Assembly (NCBI GenBank): GCA_023488905.1
Contig: JAMDCQ010000010.1
Span: forward strand, 12 to 64,011
Source of the DNA: Candidatus Bathyarchaeota archaeon
GTDB taxonomy: Archaea; Thermoproteota; Bathyarchaeia; Bathyarchaeales; Bathycorpusculaceae
Length of the DNA stretch: 64,000 nucleotides
Direction: 5' to 3'
In this document: positions 1 to 10,125 of the stretch, piece by piece
Layout: the number at the start of each line of letters is the position of its first letter
How positions within the stretch are numbered: position 1 is the first letter of the stretch
Notes under the pieces: generated by a model
The model's database searches: none
Seen by the model: only the letters and a program-made list of their open reading frames with translations
Told to the model about the DNA's origin: nothing
Position numbers and translations under genes: made by a program

Positions 1-78
1 CACTTAAAGCCATGGTGTTATTGGGTTTTATCGACAAAACTTAAGTGTCGCAGACATTTATACCATCCACCGATTGAA

Positions 79-1023
79 ATGGACAAGAACGAAGCAATTA
101 GACGGCTTGTATTCATAAAATACTTGTATGATTCAGGCGTAGACCAATCGAAGAAACCAGCGCCATTCTCGTGGCTTTCGCTGTTAATATTTCACGATAC
201 GGTTGAACTCTTTCTCGTATTAATTGCTGAATACTTAGATCAATCAGAAAAAGCCCTCAGGGAGTTGTCCTTTACTAAATACTGGGATATAATTGATCCA
301 TTATTAAAACAACATAGGAAAAATAGTTTAACTCAGCGAATTTCAATGGAGCGCTTAAACGACGCAAGAAATGCATTCAAGCACAGGGGGACAACTCCTT
401 CTGATGACACAATCACTAGCGCTAAGATTAATGTAGGGAATTTTCTAGCAGAGAACGCTAGGTTAGTTTTAGATGTAGAACTTTCGGATGTTTCATTAAT
501 CGACTTCGTTTACTTCAAGGGTGCACAAAATAGCTTGAAAGATGCGGCAAAACTTATGGAGCAAAAGAGACCTGAGGAGGCAATCGATAAAATCGCGCTT
601 GCTCTTCGCCAGTTAATTGACGACTACATTGATAGAAAGCGTCTTCTATACGGGCGCTCAATGTTTACGTTCTCAACCTTTTCAGGATGCTCAATATCCG
701 AGGACAACTTATCCGAAGTAGAATCAGTTTTTGATGAAGTCCAAGATGCACTTGAGGGGCTTGAAGAACCACTGAGGTTACTTGCATTAGGTTTAGACTA
801 CCGTAAGTATGTTAAGTTTGACCTATTAACGAGCCGAAGCATATCTAGAGATAAGGTCGAGGGCTATAAGGTCCGACGTTTAGAACGAAAGATCGACAGT
901 GAGTTAACCGAAGAGGACATCAAATTCTGTACCAATTTTGTTATTGAGTGTAGCATAGCATTAAAACAGTTTGACTTCGAGTTGAAGCCAAAGAAACCAA
1001 AGACAATTGCAGACATGAAATAG
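79..1023 (+). CDS. hypothetical protein with N-terminal HEPN-like domain (R-N-x3-H motif)
   Basis: 314-aa ORF. The helical N-terminal ~120 aa end in RNAFKH (R97..H102, nt 367-384), which fits the Rx4-6H HEPN RNase signature. The rest has no recognisable motif. Confidence 0.5.
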   Translation: MDKNEAIRRLVFIKYLYDSGVDQSKKPAPFSWLSLLIFHDTVELFLVLIAEYLDQSEKALRELSFTKYWDIIDPLLKQHRKNSLTQRISMERLNDARNAFKHRGTTPSDDTITSAKINVGNFLAENARLVLDVELSDVSLIDFVYFKGAQNSLKDAAKLMEQKRPEEAIDKIALALRQLIDDYIDRKRLLYGRSMFTFSTFSGCSISEDNLSEVESVFDEVQDALEGLEEPLRLLALGLDYRKYVKFDLLTSRSISRDKVEGYKVRRLERKIDSELTEEDIKFCTNFVIECSIALKQFDFELKPKKPKTIADMK

Positions 1024-1162
1024 CCCCCTTTGTTCCTAAGTTAGGGAAAAGGGGATTTAGAGGTAAAGGCGAGCCGCGAGATGCTTGTGGGTTATTGCAC
1101 AACCTGCCTGCAACCTGAAATGAACGCTGCAGTCGAAAAGCAATTGGCGGCTCAGTCTGCTG

Positions 1163-1199
1163 GTTGTTGTTGTGTATAGGGGTTCTCTGCAACAACAAC
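1163..1199. terminator. hairpin (10-bp stem GTTGTTGTTG/CAACAACAAC, 17-nt loop) between convergent genes
   Basis: Read directly from the sequence. It lies between the stop of ORF 79-1023 and the stop of the nuoN-like gene. Function not shown. Confidence 0.2.
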
Positions 1200-1243
1200 T
1201 AAGAGAAAAATACCTCAGAAAAATTGAAGGAAAAGATGGGGGT

Positions 1244-2758
1244 TTATGGTACTGTCCAGGGTAGTTGGCTTAGCATCGGTTGGATAAGCTCCAACACGAG
1301 GTTGGGGAACAAGCCGAAGATGAAGATGGCGACGACGAGGATGAACACTGGGATGAGGAGATATTTGTTCTCTTTGATGCGCGTGGTGACGCCGTCTTTT
1401 GGTGCTTTGCCATACATTATGTTAACGAGTCGGAATATGTAAGCCGTCTGCAACACACTGGTTAAGACGCCGATGATTGCCAGCCAAGTTAAATCAACAC
1501 TGATTGCCGCAGTGAACACGAAGTACTTTGCGATAAAGCCGCCCAATGGCGGGACACCTGCGAAGCTTAAGCCAGCGATGACAAGGGCTAAGCTGGACCA
1601 AGGCATCTTTTTGCCTACACCTGCAAAGTCGTCAAGTTTTTTGAATCCGTGGCGGTTTATGATGCCTACAGCCATGAATGCAAGGGCTGTGGTTAAGCTG
1701 CCGATCAGGAAGAAGTAGAGGTTTCCCTGCAAACCAAGTTCATTGGCGCTTGTGATGGCGACGAGGTTGTAGCCGACGTCTGCAACGCAGATGTACGCGA
1801 TTAAGCGTTTGATGTTGTTCTGTATGAGCGCGAATATGTTGCCCACGATCATTGTTAGCGCTGCAAGTGCTGCCATCATTAGTGTCCAGTCGAAGACGCC
1901 ACCGACTGAAGGTGGTAGGATGATGAAGAGTAAGATTCTGATTAGGATGTAGTAGCTGCCTTGGTCTACCAGTGCCGAGAGAAAAGCTGCGGATGGGGCT
2001 GGTGCAGCGGTGTAGGCGTCGGGTAGCCAGAAGTGGAAGGGCACGATTGCAGCTTCAATCGCGTAGCCTGCTGCGACGAAGACGAAGGCGATTATGAGCA
2101 GGTTCATGTCGGCGCCTGTTATGGTGCCGATGGCTTCGCGGACTGCGATGTAGTTGAGGCTGCCAGTTATGCCGTAAACGATTGAGAGCCCCAAAAGCAC
2201 GAAGGCTGAGGCGATGATGACCATGACTAGGTACTTTAGTGTGGCGTTGAGGCTGAAGGCATTTTTACGGTACAGCATCAGGAACGCGGCTGCGGCTGTG
2301 GCGGCTTCCCAGAAAATGAAGAATGTCAACAAGTCACCTGAAAGTACCGCGCCGACTAAAGCACCAGTTAATAGCAGCATGATTGCCATGTAGCGGTCTG
2401 AGGGGCGCTCTGCCGAATTAACGAAGAACACGGTGTATACCATTACTACTGCGGCTATTCCCACGATTATTATTGCCATGTAGAGCGCTATGGCATCAAT
2501 GAGGAAGGATGTTGCAATGGCAGGGTTTGATGTGCCGTCTAAGGTTAAGTTTAGCGGCGCGGGGTTAGCTACGCTGTAGTAGCTTAAGAAGAGGTTGACG
2601 ATGGTTATGCTTGCGATGGCGAAAACCGCAATAAACCACGCGGCGGTTAAGCCGGTTTTGTGGCTGGTTTTTCTTATCGCTCTAAAGATTGGAATTGTGA
2701 TTAGCGCTGCCACGATGAGTGTAAAGATTGGTAGTATGACGTCTAAGATTGTGACCAT
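1244..2758 (-). CDS. nuoN: NuoN-family antiporter-like membrane subunit of complex I-like operon
   Basis: 504-aa polytopic protein with NuoN/ND2-type blocks (WLPDAYTAAPAP, LKRLIAY). Last gene of the A-B-CD-H-I-J-K-L-M-N order. Confidence 0.88.
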   Translation of the reverse strand: MVTILDVILPIFTLIVAALITIPIFRAIRKTSHKTGLTAAWFIAVFAIASITIVNLFLSYYSVANPAPLNLTLDGTSNPAIATSFLIDAIALYMAIIIVGIAAVVMVYTVFFVNSAERPSDRYMAIMLLLTGALVGAVLSGDLLTFFIFWEAATAAAAFLMLYRKNAFSLNATLKYLVMVIIASAFVLLGLSIVYGITGSLNYIAVREAIGTITGADMNLLIIAFVFVAAGYAIEAAIVPFHFWLPDAYTAAPAPSAAFLSALVDQGSYYILIRILLFIILPPSVGGVFDWTLMMAALAALTMIVGNIFALIQNNIKRLIAYICVADVGYNLVAITSANELGLQGNLYFFLIGSLTTALAFMAVGIINRHGFKKLDDFAGVGKKMPWSSLALVIAGLSFAGVPPLGGFIAKYFVFTAAISVDLTWLAIIGVLTSVLQTAYIFRLVNIMYGKAPKDGVTTRIKENKYLLIPVFILVVAIFIFGLFPNLVLELIQPMLSQLPWTVP

Positions 2759-2759
2759 T

Positions 2760-4379
2760 CTATGCCACTGCTCCGAAGGTTACTGTTTGAATTAACTGCA
2801 CAAAGAACGTCGGGTAAATTCCAATCAAAACGACAAGCACCACCAAGATCGCTAGAGCCGCCTTCATGTAGTTAGGTATGTCAACGATTCTGTGTCCATG
2901 GCTCTCTGTCACTGGCGCTTCCGGTTGGCTTTGGCTTCCATGAGCGTCATGAGCAACTTGCACTGCGCCTTGCTCTTCTTTGAATTGCCCAAAGAAAACT
3001 TTAGAGATGAACCTAAGCGAGTAAGCCAACGAGAACACTGTTGCGATGAGCATCAACGCTGTTGGAATAATATAGAAGGCGCCGCCTGGGGACTGGATTA
3101 TTTGGAATGCACCCATGAAAATGAAGAATTCGCTGATGAAGCATGCCAATGGCGGTGCACCAGCGATGCTGAGGGCAGCTATCATTCCTGAGACTGTGGA
3201 GAAGGGCATCTTGCTTGCTAAGCCACCCATTTCGCGGATGTCTCTTTTCTCAGTTTGATGCATGACGCCGCCTGCGGTGAGGAAGAAAAGCCCCTTGCTG
3301 GCTGCGTGTGTAATGATGTGTAGCACAGTGCCGACGATTGCAAGGGCTATCGGCGAAGCCAATGCCACTGGGTTACCGCTGGCTAATGCCGCGGGGAATA
3401 ATGATAATCCAAACATTGTATAGCCCATGTGGGCGATGCTTGAGTATGCAATAACACGTTTGATGTCGTTTGCAACCAGCGATAATAGTGAGCCGAAGAA
3501 TGCTGTTACTACACCAATTATGGATAGTGCATAGAGGAAGTAAGTTCCGAACGATAACCCGACTGAGGGGAACACCATGCCGAAGGATAGGCGCAAGATT
3601 GCGTATGCTCCTGCGCTGATGATGACACCGCTTAGCAGGGCGGACATTGGTGCGGGGGCTTCTGAGTGTGCATCAGGGAGCCACATATGGACTGGAAAAA
3701 CTGCCATCTTGACTGCGAATCCGCCAGTTAGGGCGATTAGAATCCATTTTGCGATTTCCGAGTTTGCCGCTGTCGCCAAAATGCCTTGGGCGCTTAGCAT
3801 GTCGGTGGTTCCTGTTAGCCAGTAGGTTGCTCCGATTCCCAGCAAGACGAAGACGGCGCCTGCATGGGTGAATATGAAGAGTTTAAGCGCGGATTTGTAG
3901 CTGTTGCGGTAGCCCCATTCGCCGACTATGAAGTAGGCGGGTACGAGCATGAGTTCCCAGCAGAAGTAGAACAGGATCATGTTGCTGGTTAGGAAGACGC
4001 CTATTAAGCCAACGCTTAGCATGCATAGTAGGGCGTAGTAGACGGGGAGGTTCTTTTTGCCTGCCATGTAGTTGACTGAGTATAGGGCTGCGACGAAGAT
4101 GAGGACTAAGCTGATCATGGCTATGGAGACGCTTATGCCGTCAACGTAGAGGGCGAATTCGGTGCCGCTTAATTGTGGTATCCACTCATAGGTTTCTTTG
4201 TAGAAGTGATCAGCGCCCTGTATGGCGGGTATGGTCATTGCTAGAAGAGCTATGTTGATTAACGCGATTGCGGCGACGAAGCCTGCTGCGGCTTTAGTGG
4301 ATTTCTTTCCCGCTAAGTAGACAAAGGGGATGCTGATTGTTGGGATAGCGAATACGGACAGTAAGAGTGGTAGCGACAT
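2760..4379 (-). CDS. nuoM: NuoM-family antiporter-like membrane subunit
   Basis: 539 aa with WLPDAHSEAPAPMSALLSGV and IKRVIAYSSIAHMG blocks typical of NuoM/ND4. Separated from nuoN by 1 nt. Confidence 0.88.
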   Translation of the reverse strand: MSLPLLLSVFAIPTISIPFVYLAGKKSTKAAAGFVAAIALINIALLAMTIPAIQGADHFYKETYEWIPQLSGTEFALYVDGISVSIAMISLVLIFVAALYSVNYMAGKKNLPVYYALLCMLSVGLIGVFLTSNMILFYFCWELMLVPAYFIVGEWGYRNSYKSALKLFIFTHAGAVFVLLGIGATYWLTGTTDMLSAQGILATAANSEIAKWILIALTGGFAVKMAVFPVHMWLPDAHSEAPAPMSALLSGVIISAGAYAILRLSFGMVFPSVGLSFGTYFLYALSIIGVVTAFFGSLLSLVANDIKRVIAYSSIAHMGYTMFGLSLFPAALASGNPVALASPIALAIVGTVLHIITHAASKGLFFLTAGGVMHQTEKRDIREMGGLASKMPFSTVSGMIAALSIAGAPPLACFISEFFIFMGAFQIIQSPGGAFYIIPTALMLIATVFSLAYSLRFISKVFFGQFKEEQGAVQVAHDAHGSQSQPEAPVTESHGHRIVDIPNYMKAALAILVVLVVLIGIYPTFFVQLIQTVTFGAVA

Positions 4380-4381
4380 TT

Positions 4382-6313
4382 CTAGATTCCTCCGAAACCT
4401 ACAGTTAACACAATTAACACCATAATCAAGATGAAACCAAGCACAGCCGCAGCAACATAGTTCCTAAACGAGTCAGACGGACCTTTCTTGAGGGTCATAA
4501 CGTGACCGGGCGCGGCTGCGTCGCTGATGTCTGAGCCAACTTTGTCTGGGATGTGGGCAAATAGAGCGTTTTCGAAACGTGTAAGTGCCGCAGAGAAGCC
4601 GTTGATGCCTTTGGCTATGCCGTAGTAGAGGTCATCTATGAAGTAGGCGTGGTTTAAGATTGCAGTGAGCGGGTTTTTGCCTGCTGCGATTTTGCGGATG
4701 CCCATGAAGTTCTTGTAGTAGGACGCGTACGCCAACAGGAAGGCGGGCAAGAGAAGTAACAGGAATATGGGTGTTTCAGCGCTGGTGAAGGCTCCGAGTA
4801 ATGTGTGTTCAAGTTCGATGTGCATGAAACTGGCTATATATGGCTGCGCGATGCCCCAGACTATGCAGAGTGCCGCCAAGATTGCTGCTGGGACCAGCAT
4901 GATTTTGGGGGCTTCGTGAACGTGGATTTTTGAGATGTGCTCTGATGGTTTGCCCATGAAGACTAAGCTGAACATGCGAATACAGTAAGCGAACGTGATT
5001 GCAGTTGCAGCGAAGATAAGTATGGTTTGGATTAGGCTACCTGCGTCCATGACGCTTGTGAGGATTAAGCCTTTGCTGAAGAACGCTGCAAACGGTGGCA
5101 GTCCGCTTGTGGTAACAATCATGATAATCATTAAAGCGAATGTAAGAGGCATGGCTTTTTTGAGTCCGCCCATCAAGCGCATGTCTCGTGTACCCAACGC
5201 GTGTATGATGCCTCCCGCTAAGAGGAAACCGAGACCCTCGAAAAATGCGTGGCTAACCATGTGGAATAAACTGGCAAACCAACCCGTCGACATTGCAACG
5301 TCGGTGGTGTGTGCCATGGCTGTGCCTAAACCTGCCATCATGAAGCCGATTTGGCTAACGGTGGAGTAAGCGAGGACTCCTTTGATGTCGGTTGTCATGA
5401 GACCCAAGGTTGCGCCTATGAATGCGGTTATGACTCCGATCCAAGAGATTGTTGGGAACCAGTAAGGCTGGAGCGCCACAATTAGGGCTGGGGCTGCTGC
5501 GAAGATAAGTATGAATCTTGAAAGCAAGTAGATACCTGCTTTAACCATTGTTGCAGCGTGCAAAAGGGCGCTGACTGAGGTTGGGGCTTCCATCGCGCTG
5601 TAGAGCCAAGTGAAAAGTGGGAACTGGGCAGATTTCGCGACGGCGCCGCCTAAGACGAGGAAAGCTGTGATGACCATTAATTCTGTGTTGAAGACGCCTG
5701 ATTGGAGGCCTTCGATAACTCCGTGGAAGCTAAAGGTGCCAAACATGTAGAACAATATCGCAATCGCGGCGAGGAGCATGATGTCGCCGATGCGAGTCAT
5801 GATGAAAACTTTAACACCAGAGTGGATAGATTCGGGTTTTTTGTACCAGAAGCTAATCAAAGCGTAGCTGCATAAGCCCACCATTTCCCAGAAGATGAAC
5901 ATCTGGAGCATGTTGTCGGAGATTACTAGGCCGATCATGGAGCCGATGAAGAGCAGCAAGAGGTAGTAGTATCGGGTTAAGCCTTCTTCGCCTTTCATGT
6001 AGCCCTGCGAGTAAACAGCGATGATTAGGGCAAAGAACGCCACTAGGCAAGTGAAGAGGACGCTAAGGGAGTCGATGTATACGCCTGCCTCAACGAAGCC
6101 TGAGATCCAGGGAATGGTGTAGGTTATTGCTTCGCCTTCGCCTGACCAGACGCTGGGCACCAGTGAAAGCGCCAAGACGCCGACTATGCCTGCGATGGCT
6201 ATGACGAAGTAGTTTCGGGCTTTTTCACTGTATTTACCGATTACTGGGACAAATAGGCTTGCGATGAGTGGGATAATCCAGACGAACCATGCTGAGAATT
6301 CTTCGAGCATCAT
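4382..6313 (-). CDS. nuoL: NuoL-family antiporter-like membrane subunit
   Basis: 643 aa with FIFWEMVGLCSY and SALLHAATMVKAG blocks typical of NuoL/ND5/MrpA. Position in the operon fits. Confidence 0.88.
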   Translation of the reverse strand: MMLEEFSAWFVWIIPLIASLFVPVIGKYSEKARNYFVIAIAGIVGVLALSLVPSVWSGEGEAITYTIPWISGFVEAGVYIDSLSVLFTCLVAFFALIIAVYSQGYMKGEEGLTRYYYLLLLFIGSMIGLVISDNMLQMFIFWEMVGLCSYALISFWYKKPESIHSGVKVFIMTRIGDIMLLAAIAILFYMFGTFSFHGVIEGLQSGVFNTELMVITAFLVLGGAVAKSAQFPLFTWLYSAMEAPTSVSALLHAATMVKAGIYLLSRFILIFAAAPALIVALQPYWFPTISWIGVITAFIGATLGLMTTDIKGVLAYSTVSQIGFMMAGLGTAMAHTTDVAMSTGWFASLFHMVSHAFFEGLGFLLAGGIIHALGTRDMRLMGGLKKAMPLTFALMIIMIVTTSGLPPFAAFFSKGLILTSVMDAGSLIQTILIFAATAITFAYCIRMFSLVFMGKPSEHISKIHVHEAPKIMLVPAAILAALCIVWGIAQPYIASFMHIELEHTLLGAFTSAETPIFLLLLLPAFLLAYASYYKNFMGIRKIAAGKNPLTAILNHAYFIDDLYYGIAKGINGFSAALTRFENALFAHIPDKVGSDISDAAAPGHVMTLKKGPSDSFRNYVAAAVLGFILIMVLIVLTVGFGGI

Positions 6314-6633
6314 TGAGCTTCAACCTCGCTTTCTTCTTTCTCCGCGTTTTCCTGCATCTTTGCAATTATCTTTGAGAGGTCACCTGTCCCGTAACGCTTC
6401 GAAACCAAGACAAGCAACGCCAAGATTACGGCGCTAACGGCTGTGTCAACTGAGAACGCTAAAACCAGCAGTGCTTCTCCCAATCCCTGCGGTGAAGCAA
6501 GCATAACAAAGTTCAGCGTCGCCGCCGTTGCGATTAACTCGATTGATATGAAAACCTTGAGGAGTTGGCGATTGGTTAATAACCCGTAGATGCCGATTGC
6601 CAACATGACAAGCGCTAATATGACGAAGTCCAT
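6310..6633 (-). CDS. nuoK: NuoK-family small membrane subunit
   Basis: 107 aa with three TM segments. Sits between the J and L homologues and overlaps nuoL by 4 nt. Confidence 0.8.
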   Translation of the reverse strand: MDFVILALVMLAIGIYGLLTNRQLLKVFISIELIATAATLNFVMLASPQGLGEALLVLAFSVDTAVSAVILALLVLVSKRYGTGDLSKIIAKMQENAEKEESEVEAQ

Positions 6634-7089
6634 CTACTTCTTCCTCCGCTCATAGAGCACCACAGCAATTCCCAACGCAATCGTCAAAATAACTAACGCC
6701 TGCAACAAAACGTCAACGCCTCGGATGTCCCAGAGGGCAGTACCGAAATCGATGTCTGGTCCCACAGTGGTTTGGCCCGAAACTGAGAGGAAAATTGCGG
6801 GTAAAGAGAGAACGACGCCTGCGCCGATTAGGCCAGCGGTTTTGGCAGGGGAGGCTTTTTTGATTTGTTTTTCGCCTAGCATTTCACCTGAGAGGAATAG
6901 GATGGCTAAGGTTCCGACGCCGACTGCGAATTGGAAAATCGCAGCGTAGATGGCGCCGCTGAAAACGTAAATTATGGCTGTGAAGAGGAAAGTGCCTGAT
7001 AAGGCTGCAACGGAGTAGACGACTTCGTCGAGGAATAGGGCGAGTATGGCTGAGATTATTAGTCCGATGGCTAAGATTTCGAAGATCAT
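6634..7089 (-). CDS. nuoJ: NuoJ-family membrane subunit
   Basis: 151-aa hydrophobic protein with NuoJ-like N-terminal helices (AIFQFAVGVGTLAILFL). Operon position fits. Confidence 0.75.
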   Translation of the reverse strand: MIFEILAIGLIISAILALFLDEVVYSVAALSGTFLFTAIIYVFSGAIYAAIFQFAVGVGTLAILFLSGEMLGEKQIKKASPAKTAGLIGAGVVLSLPAIFLSVSGQTTVGPDIDFGTALWDIRGVDVLLQALVILTIALGIAVVLYERRKK

Positions 7090-7535
7090 TGTGATGCCCT
7101 CTTTTTGTATTCTGGCTTCATAACCAGCGACCCTTTATCGGTTGTCGCTAACTCGTAGAGGTCACTTTGTTTTATTGCGTCTCGGGGACAGCTTTCAACG
7201 CATTGATAGCAGAAAACGCATTTGTTTAAGTCGATTTGTGGACGCATTTTGCCCTCAACTTCAACGATTTCGATTGCTTTTGCAGGGCAGTCTCTGACGC
7301 AGACGTGACAACTTGAACCCCTCATGGCTTTGATGTCCACTCTGAAGTCCTCGCCGCATCCGAAGTCGATGGCGTTGCAGGCTTTGATTTCGTAGACCAA
7401 TTTACCTCTGCTTTCGGCAGGCAGCGTTGGCTTCACAAATGGGTACTTTGTGGTTGCAGGTTTAGTGAATAAATGGGATACCGTTCGCTTAAAGATTGGA
7501 GATATCCGCGATTTTGACTTCTTCTTTTCTGCCAT
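7086..7535 (-). CDS. nuoI: NuoI-family 2x[4Fe-4S] ferredoxin-type subunit
   Basis: Two CxxCxxCxxxCP motifs (CHVCVRDCP, CVFCYQCVESCP). I place the start at the ATG at 7535 (MAEKKK), 3 nt after the nuoH stop. The longer 7730 ORF would overlap nuoH. Confidence 0.85.
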   Translation of the reverse strand: MAEKKKSKSRISPIFKRTVSHLFTKPATTKYPFVKPTLPAESRGKLVYEIKACNAIDFGCGEDFRVDIKAMRGSSCHVCVRDCPAKAIEIVEVEGKMRPQIDLNKCVFCYQCVESCPRDAIKQSDLYELATTDKGSLVMKPEYKKRASQ

Positions 7536-7540
7536 CCTGT

Positions 7541-8557
7541 TTACACTCCAATTCCGAATGGATGATACACCCAAGTTACCAGAGCCACAGTTAACATCAG
7601 TGAGAGCAACGCTGCGGGTAGCAGTATTTTCCAGTTGCCGGTTAAGACTTGATCGATACGTAAGCGGGCCACCACTGTGGTTATGTACTCGCTGATTACT
7701 ACGACGACTAGGAGTTTTAGTACAAACCAAAGCGTGTAGAAGAACCAGTCCAACCCAAAGAACACTGGACCGCTGGAGCCGCCCAAGAACAACAAAACCA
7801 CCAATGCTGAGCCGAACACAACTTGGACATCGCGTGTTAAGTGGAGGAAGGCTAGTTTGGCGCCTGTGTATTCGGTTTCTAAACCGCCGACGAGCTCAGA
7901 TTCCGAGTGGGGAACGTCGAAGGGGTCGCGCTCCAATTCCGCTTGTATGGTAATTATAAACAGCACAAACGCCCATGGAGCCAATAAGATGAAGGGAAGG
8001 GATTGGCTTCCGGCTATGGTGGCGATGTTTAAGCTGCCAGCGATGAAAGCAGGAGTCAATGCGAGTATGTAGAGTGGAATGTCGTAGCCCAAAAACTGGG
8101 TTAAGACTCTTGCTGAACCGATTGTGCCATAGGGGTTCGCTGACGCCCAACCTGCCAAGAACAGAAGGAAGTTCGCAATGGTCGCGAAGGTTAGAATGAT
8201 AATCAAGTCGCCGTCGAAGCCGCCCGTTGAGAGAACGCTTGCGCCGTCGATAGGTAAAAAGCACATGGCGAAAACCATGATGGCAAACGCCAAAAGGGGA
8301 GAGTAGCGGAACACGAGTTTTTTGGTGTCCCTTGGCTCAATGTCTTCCTTGGTTAGGAGTTTGATGAAGTCTGCGAGGGGTTGAAGGATACCGCCGGGGC
8401 CAGCTACCATGGGGCCGACGCGGTTTTGTATGCGTGCTTCAAGTTTGCGTTCTACCCAATCACAGAACAACGTCAAGAACAGGATGAAGGTGAAGCCTGG
8501 AAAAACCAGAATTCGGAAGATCAACATTGGGTCAAGGACGAAATCCATGGTTATCAC
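7541..8557 (-). CDS. nuoH: NuoH-family membrane subunit
   Basis: 338 aa with RKLEARIQNRVGP, GILQPLADFIKL and ESELVGG blocks typical of NuoH/ND1/HycD. Confidence 0.88.
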   Translation of the reverse strand: MITMDFVLDPMLIFRILVFPGFTFILFLTLFCDWVERKLEARIQNRVGPMVAGPGGILQPLADFIKLLTKEDIEPRDTKKLVFRYSPLLAFAIMVFAMCFLPIDGASVLSTGGFDGDLIIILTFATIANFLLFLAGWASANPYGTIGSARVLTQFLGYDIPLYILALTPAFIAGSLNIATIAGSQSLPFILLAPWAFVLFIITIQAELERDPFDVPHSESELVGGLETEYTGAKLAFLHLTRDVQVVFGSALVVLLFLGGSSGPVFFGLDWFFYTLWFVLKLLVVVVISEYITTVVARLRIDQVLTGNWKILLPAALLSLMLTVALVTWVYHPFGIGV

Positions 8558-10125
8558 CTGTCAGTGCATGAGAAGCAAGGATCCAAGCTAACAAAGTTGC
8601 TCGGTACATCAGCTATGCTCTCGCCAATTGCAGTCTGTAGGAATGACGGGATGTTAGCGAATGTTGGAGTGCGGATTTTTACTCGTTCAGGCATGTCTGT
8701 GCCGTTGCTCTTTACGTAGTAGAAGAGTTCGCCTCTGGGTGCTTCTAAGCTGCAAACTGCTTCGCCAACTGGTACGGAGCGCGCTACCTCAACCTTGATT
8801 GGGCCCGCGGGTAAGTGGTCGATGGCATATTCGATTATATTTATGCTTTCTTCAACTTCGTCCATGCGAACGTTCATTCGTGCCCAAACATCGCCGTCAT
8901 CGTAAACTATTTCCTTGAATGGTATGTCGTTGTAGGCTTCGTAGGGTAGGTCTTTTCGGACATCCATGTCTACGCCTGATCCTCTTGCAACTGGACCCAC
9001 AACAGACAACTTTAACGCGTCTGTTCGGCTTAATGTGCCGACGTCTTTCATGCGGAGCCGCAGTGTGGGTTCTTCGAGGTAGATTTTTCGGTAGAATGGC
9101 AACTTGCCCCGAAGGTCTGCGAGGACAGATTTGATTTTGGGAATTTGCTCGCTAGTTATGTCTCTTCGGACGCCGCCTATAGTTATGAGTGAGCCGTAGA
9201 CGCGGTTTCCGCTGGTTAACTCGATGAGATCCATAATTGGTTCACGGTCTCTCCAGAAATACTGGAACACTGTTTCGTAACCGATTTCTAAACCTGCGTG
9301 ACCTAAAGTTAAGAGGTGGCTGTGTAGTCTGTTTAGCTCCATAGCTATGACTCTTAGGTATCGGGCGCGTTCTGGAACGGCTGGCTTTAAGATTTTTTCT
9401 ACTACACCAACGAAGCCGTATGCATGAGCGGGGTTGCAGATGCCGCAAACCCGTTCAACCAGATAAATGTCTTGCAAGTAGGTTCGTAACTCAGTGGTTT
9501 TCTCAATTCCTCGGTGAACGTAACCGATACGTGGTTCAACTCTAGTTACGGTTTCGCCGTCAACAGTGACTGAGAACTTTTCTGGCTCCAAAAGTGCAGG
9601 GTGCTGTGGACCAATTATGATTTTTACTTGTCTACCCTCGGCAGCTTTGTTAGCTTCCCTCTCTGGAGTTGGAACAAGTTTTACGCTAGAGAGGTTGATG
9701 TCTTTTCGCAGTGGATAGACGCCGTCTGGCCAGTTTTCGGGGAGAACGAAGTGCCCATTGAGTTCATTTCCTTCAAAAACAACGCCCATGAGGTCTGTTA
9801 CTTCGAGTTCATGAAAGGTTGCGCCAGTGTGAATATCGGTTAGGGTTTTGATTTTCGGGTTAGCTCTTGGCACTTCTGCTTTGATTGTAAAGAATGACTT
9901 TGCTGTGTGAATATGGTAGTATATACCCAAGTTTTCTCCGAAATCTAAACCTGTGATAGAGGTTATGCCTGTTTTTTCGTCGGCGTCGATCATGGCTTTG
10001 AGGATGTCGTGGTGTAAACCGTTGTTTGCCACAAATGAGGCTTCGCCGTTTACTCCTTTTTGAATTTGGACTTTATCGCCGAATTTAGATTGAACTAAAC
10101 TTATGAAATCTACACTATTGGGCAT
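8554..10125 (-). CDS. nuoCD: fused NuoC-NuoD homologue (HycE-like) retaining [NiFe]-hydrogenase large-subunit cysteine ligands
   Basis: 523 aa. The N-terminal ~150 aa are NuoC-like, followed by GPQHPALLEPE. It has ERVCGICNPAH (C227/C230, nt 9436-9447) and a C-terminal LDPCFSCTDR (C517/C520, nt 8566-8577), which match the L1/L2 NiFe-binding motifs. Confidence 0.85.
   Translation of the reverse strand: MPNSVDFISLVQSKFGDKVQIQKGVNGEASFVANNGLHHDILKAMIDADEKTGITSITGLDFGENLGIYYHIHTAKSFFTIKAEVPRANPKIKTLTDIHTGATFHELEVTDLMGVVFEGNELNGHFVLPENWPDGVYPLRKDINLSSVKLVPTPEREANKAAEGRQVKIIIGPQHPALLEPEKFSVTVDGETVTRVEPRIGYVHRGIEKTTELRTYLQDIYLVERVCGICNPAHAYGFVGVVEKILKPAVPERARYLRVIAMELNRLHSHLLTLGHAGLEIGYETVFQYFWRDREPIMDLIELTSGNRVYGSLITIGGVRRDITSEQIPKIKSVLADLRGKLPFYRKIYLEEPTLRLRMKDVGTLSRTDALKLSVVGPVARGSGVDMDVRKDLPYEAYNDIPFKEIVYDDGDVWARMNVRMDEVEESINIIEYAIDHLPAGPIKVEVARSVPVGEAVCSLEAPRGELFYYVKSNGTDMPERVKIRTPTFANIPSFLQTAIGESIADVPSNFVSLDPCFSCTDR

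Noticed and set aside
7086-7730. Long (214-aa) version of the nuoI-like ORF
   Set aside because: The first 65 codons overlap the 3' end of nuoH and are non-homologous. The ATG at 7535 (MAEKKK) fits the operon spacing.
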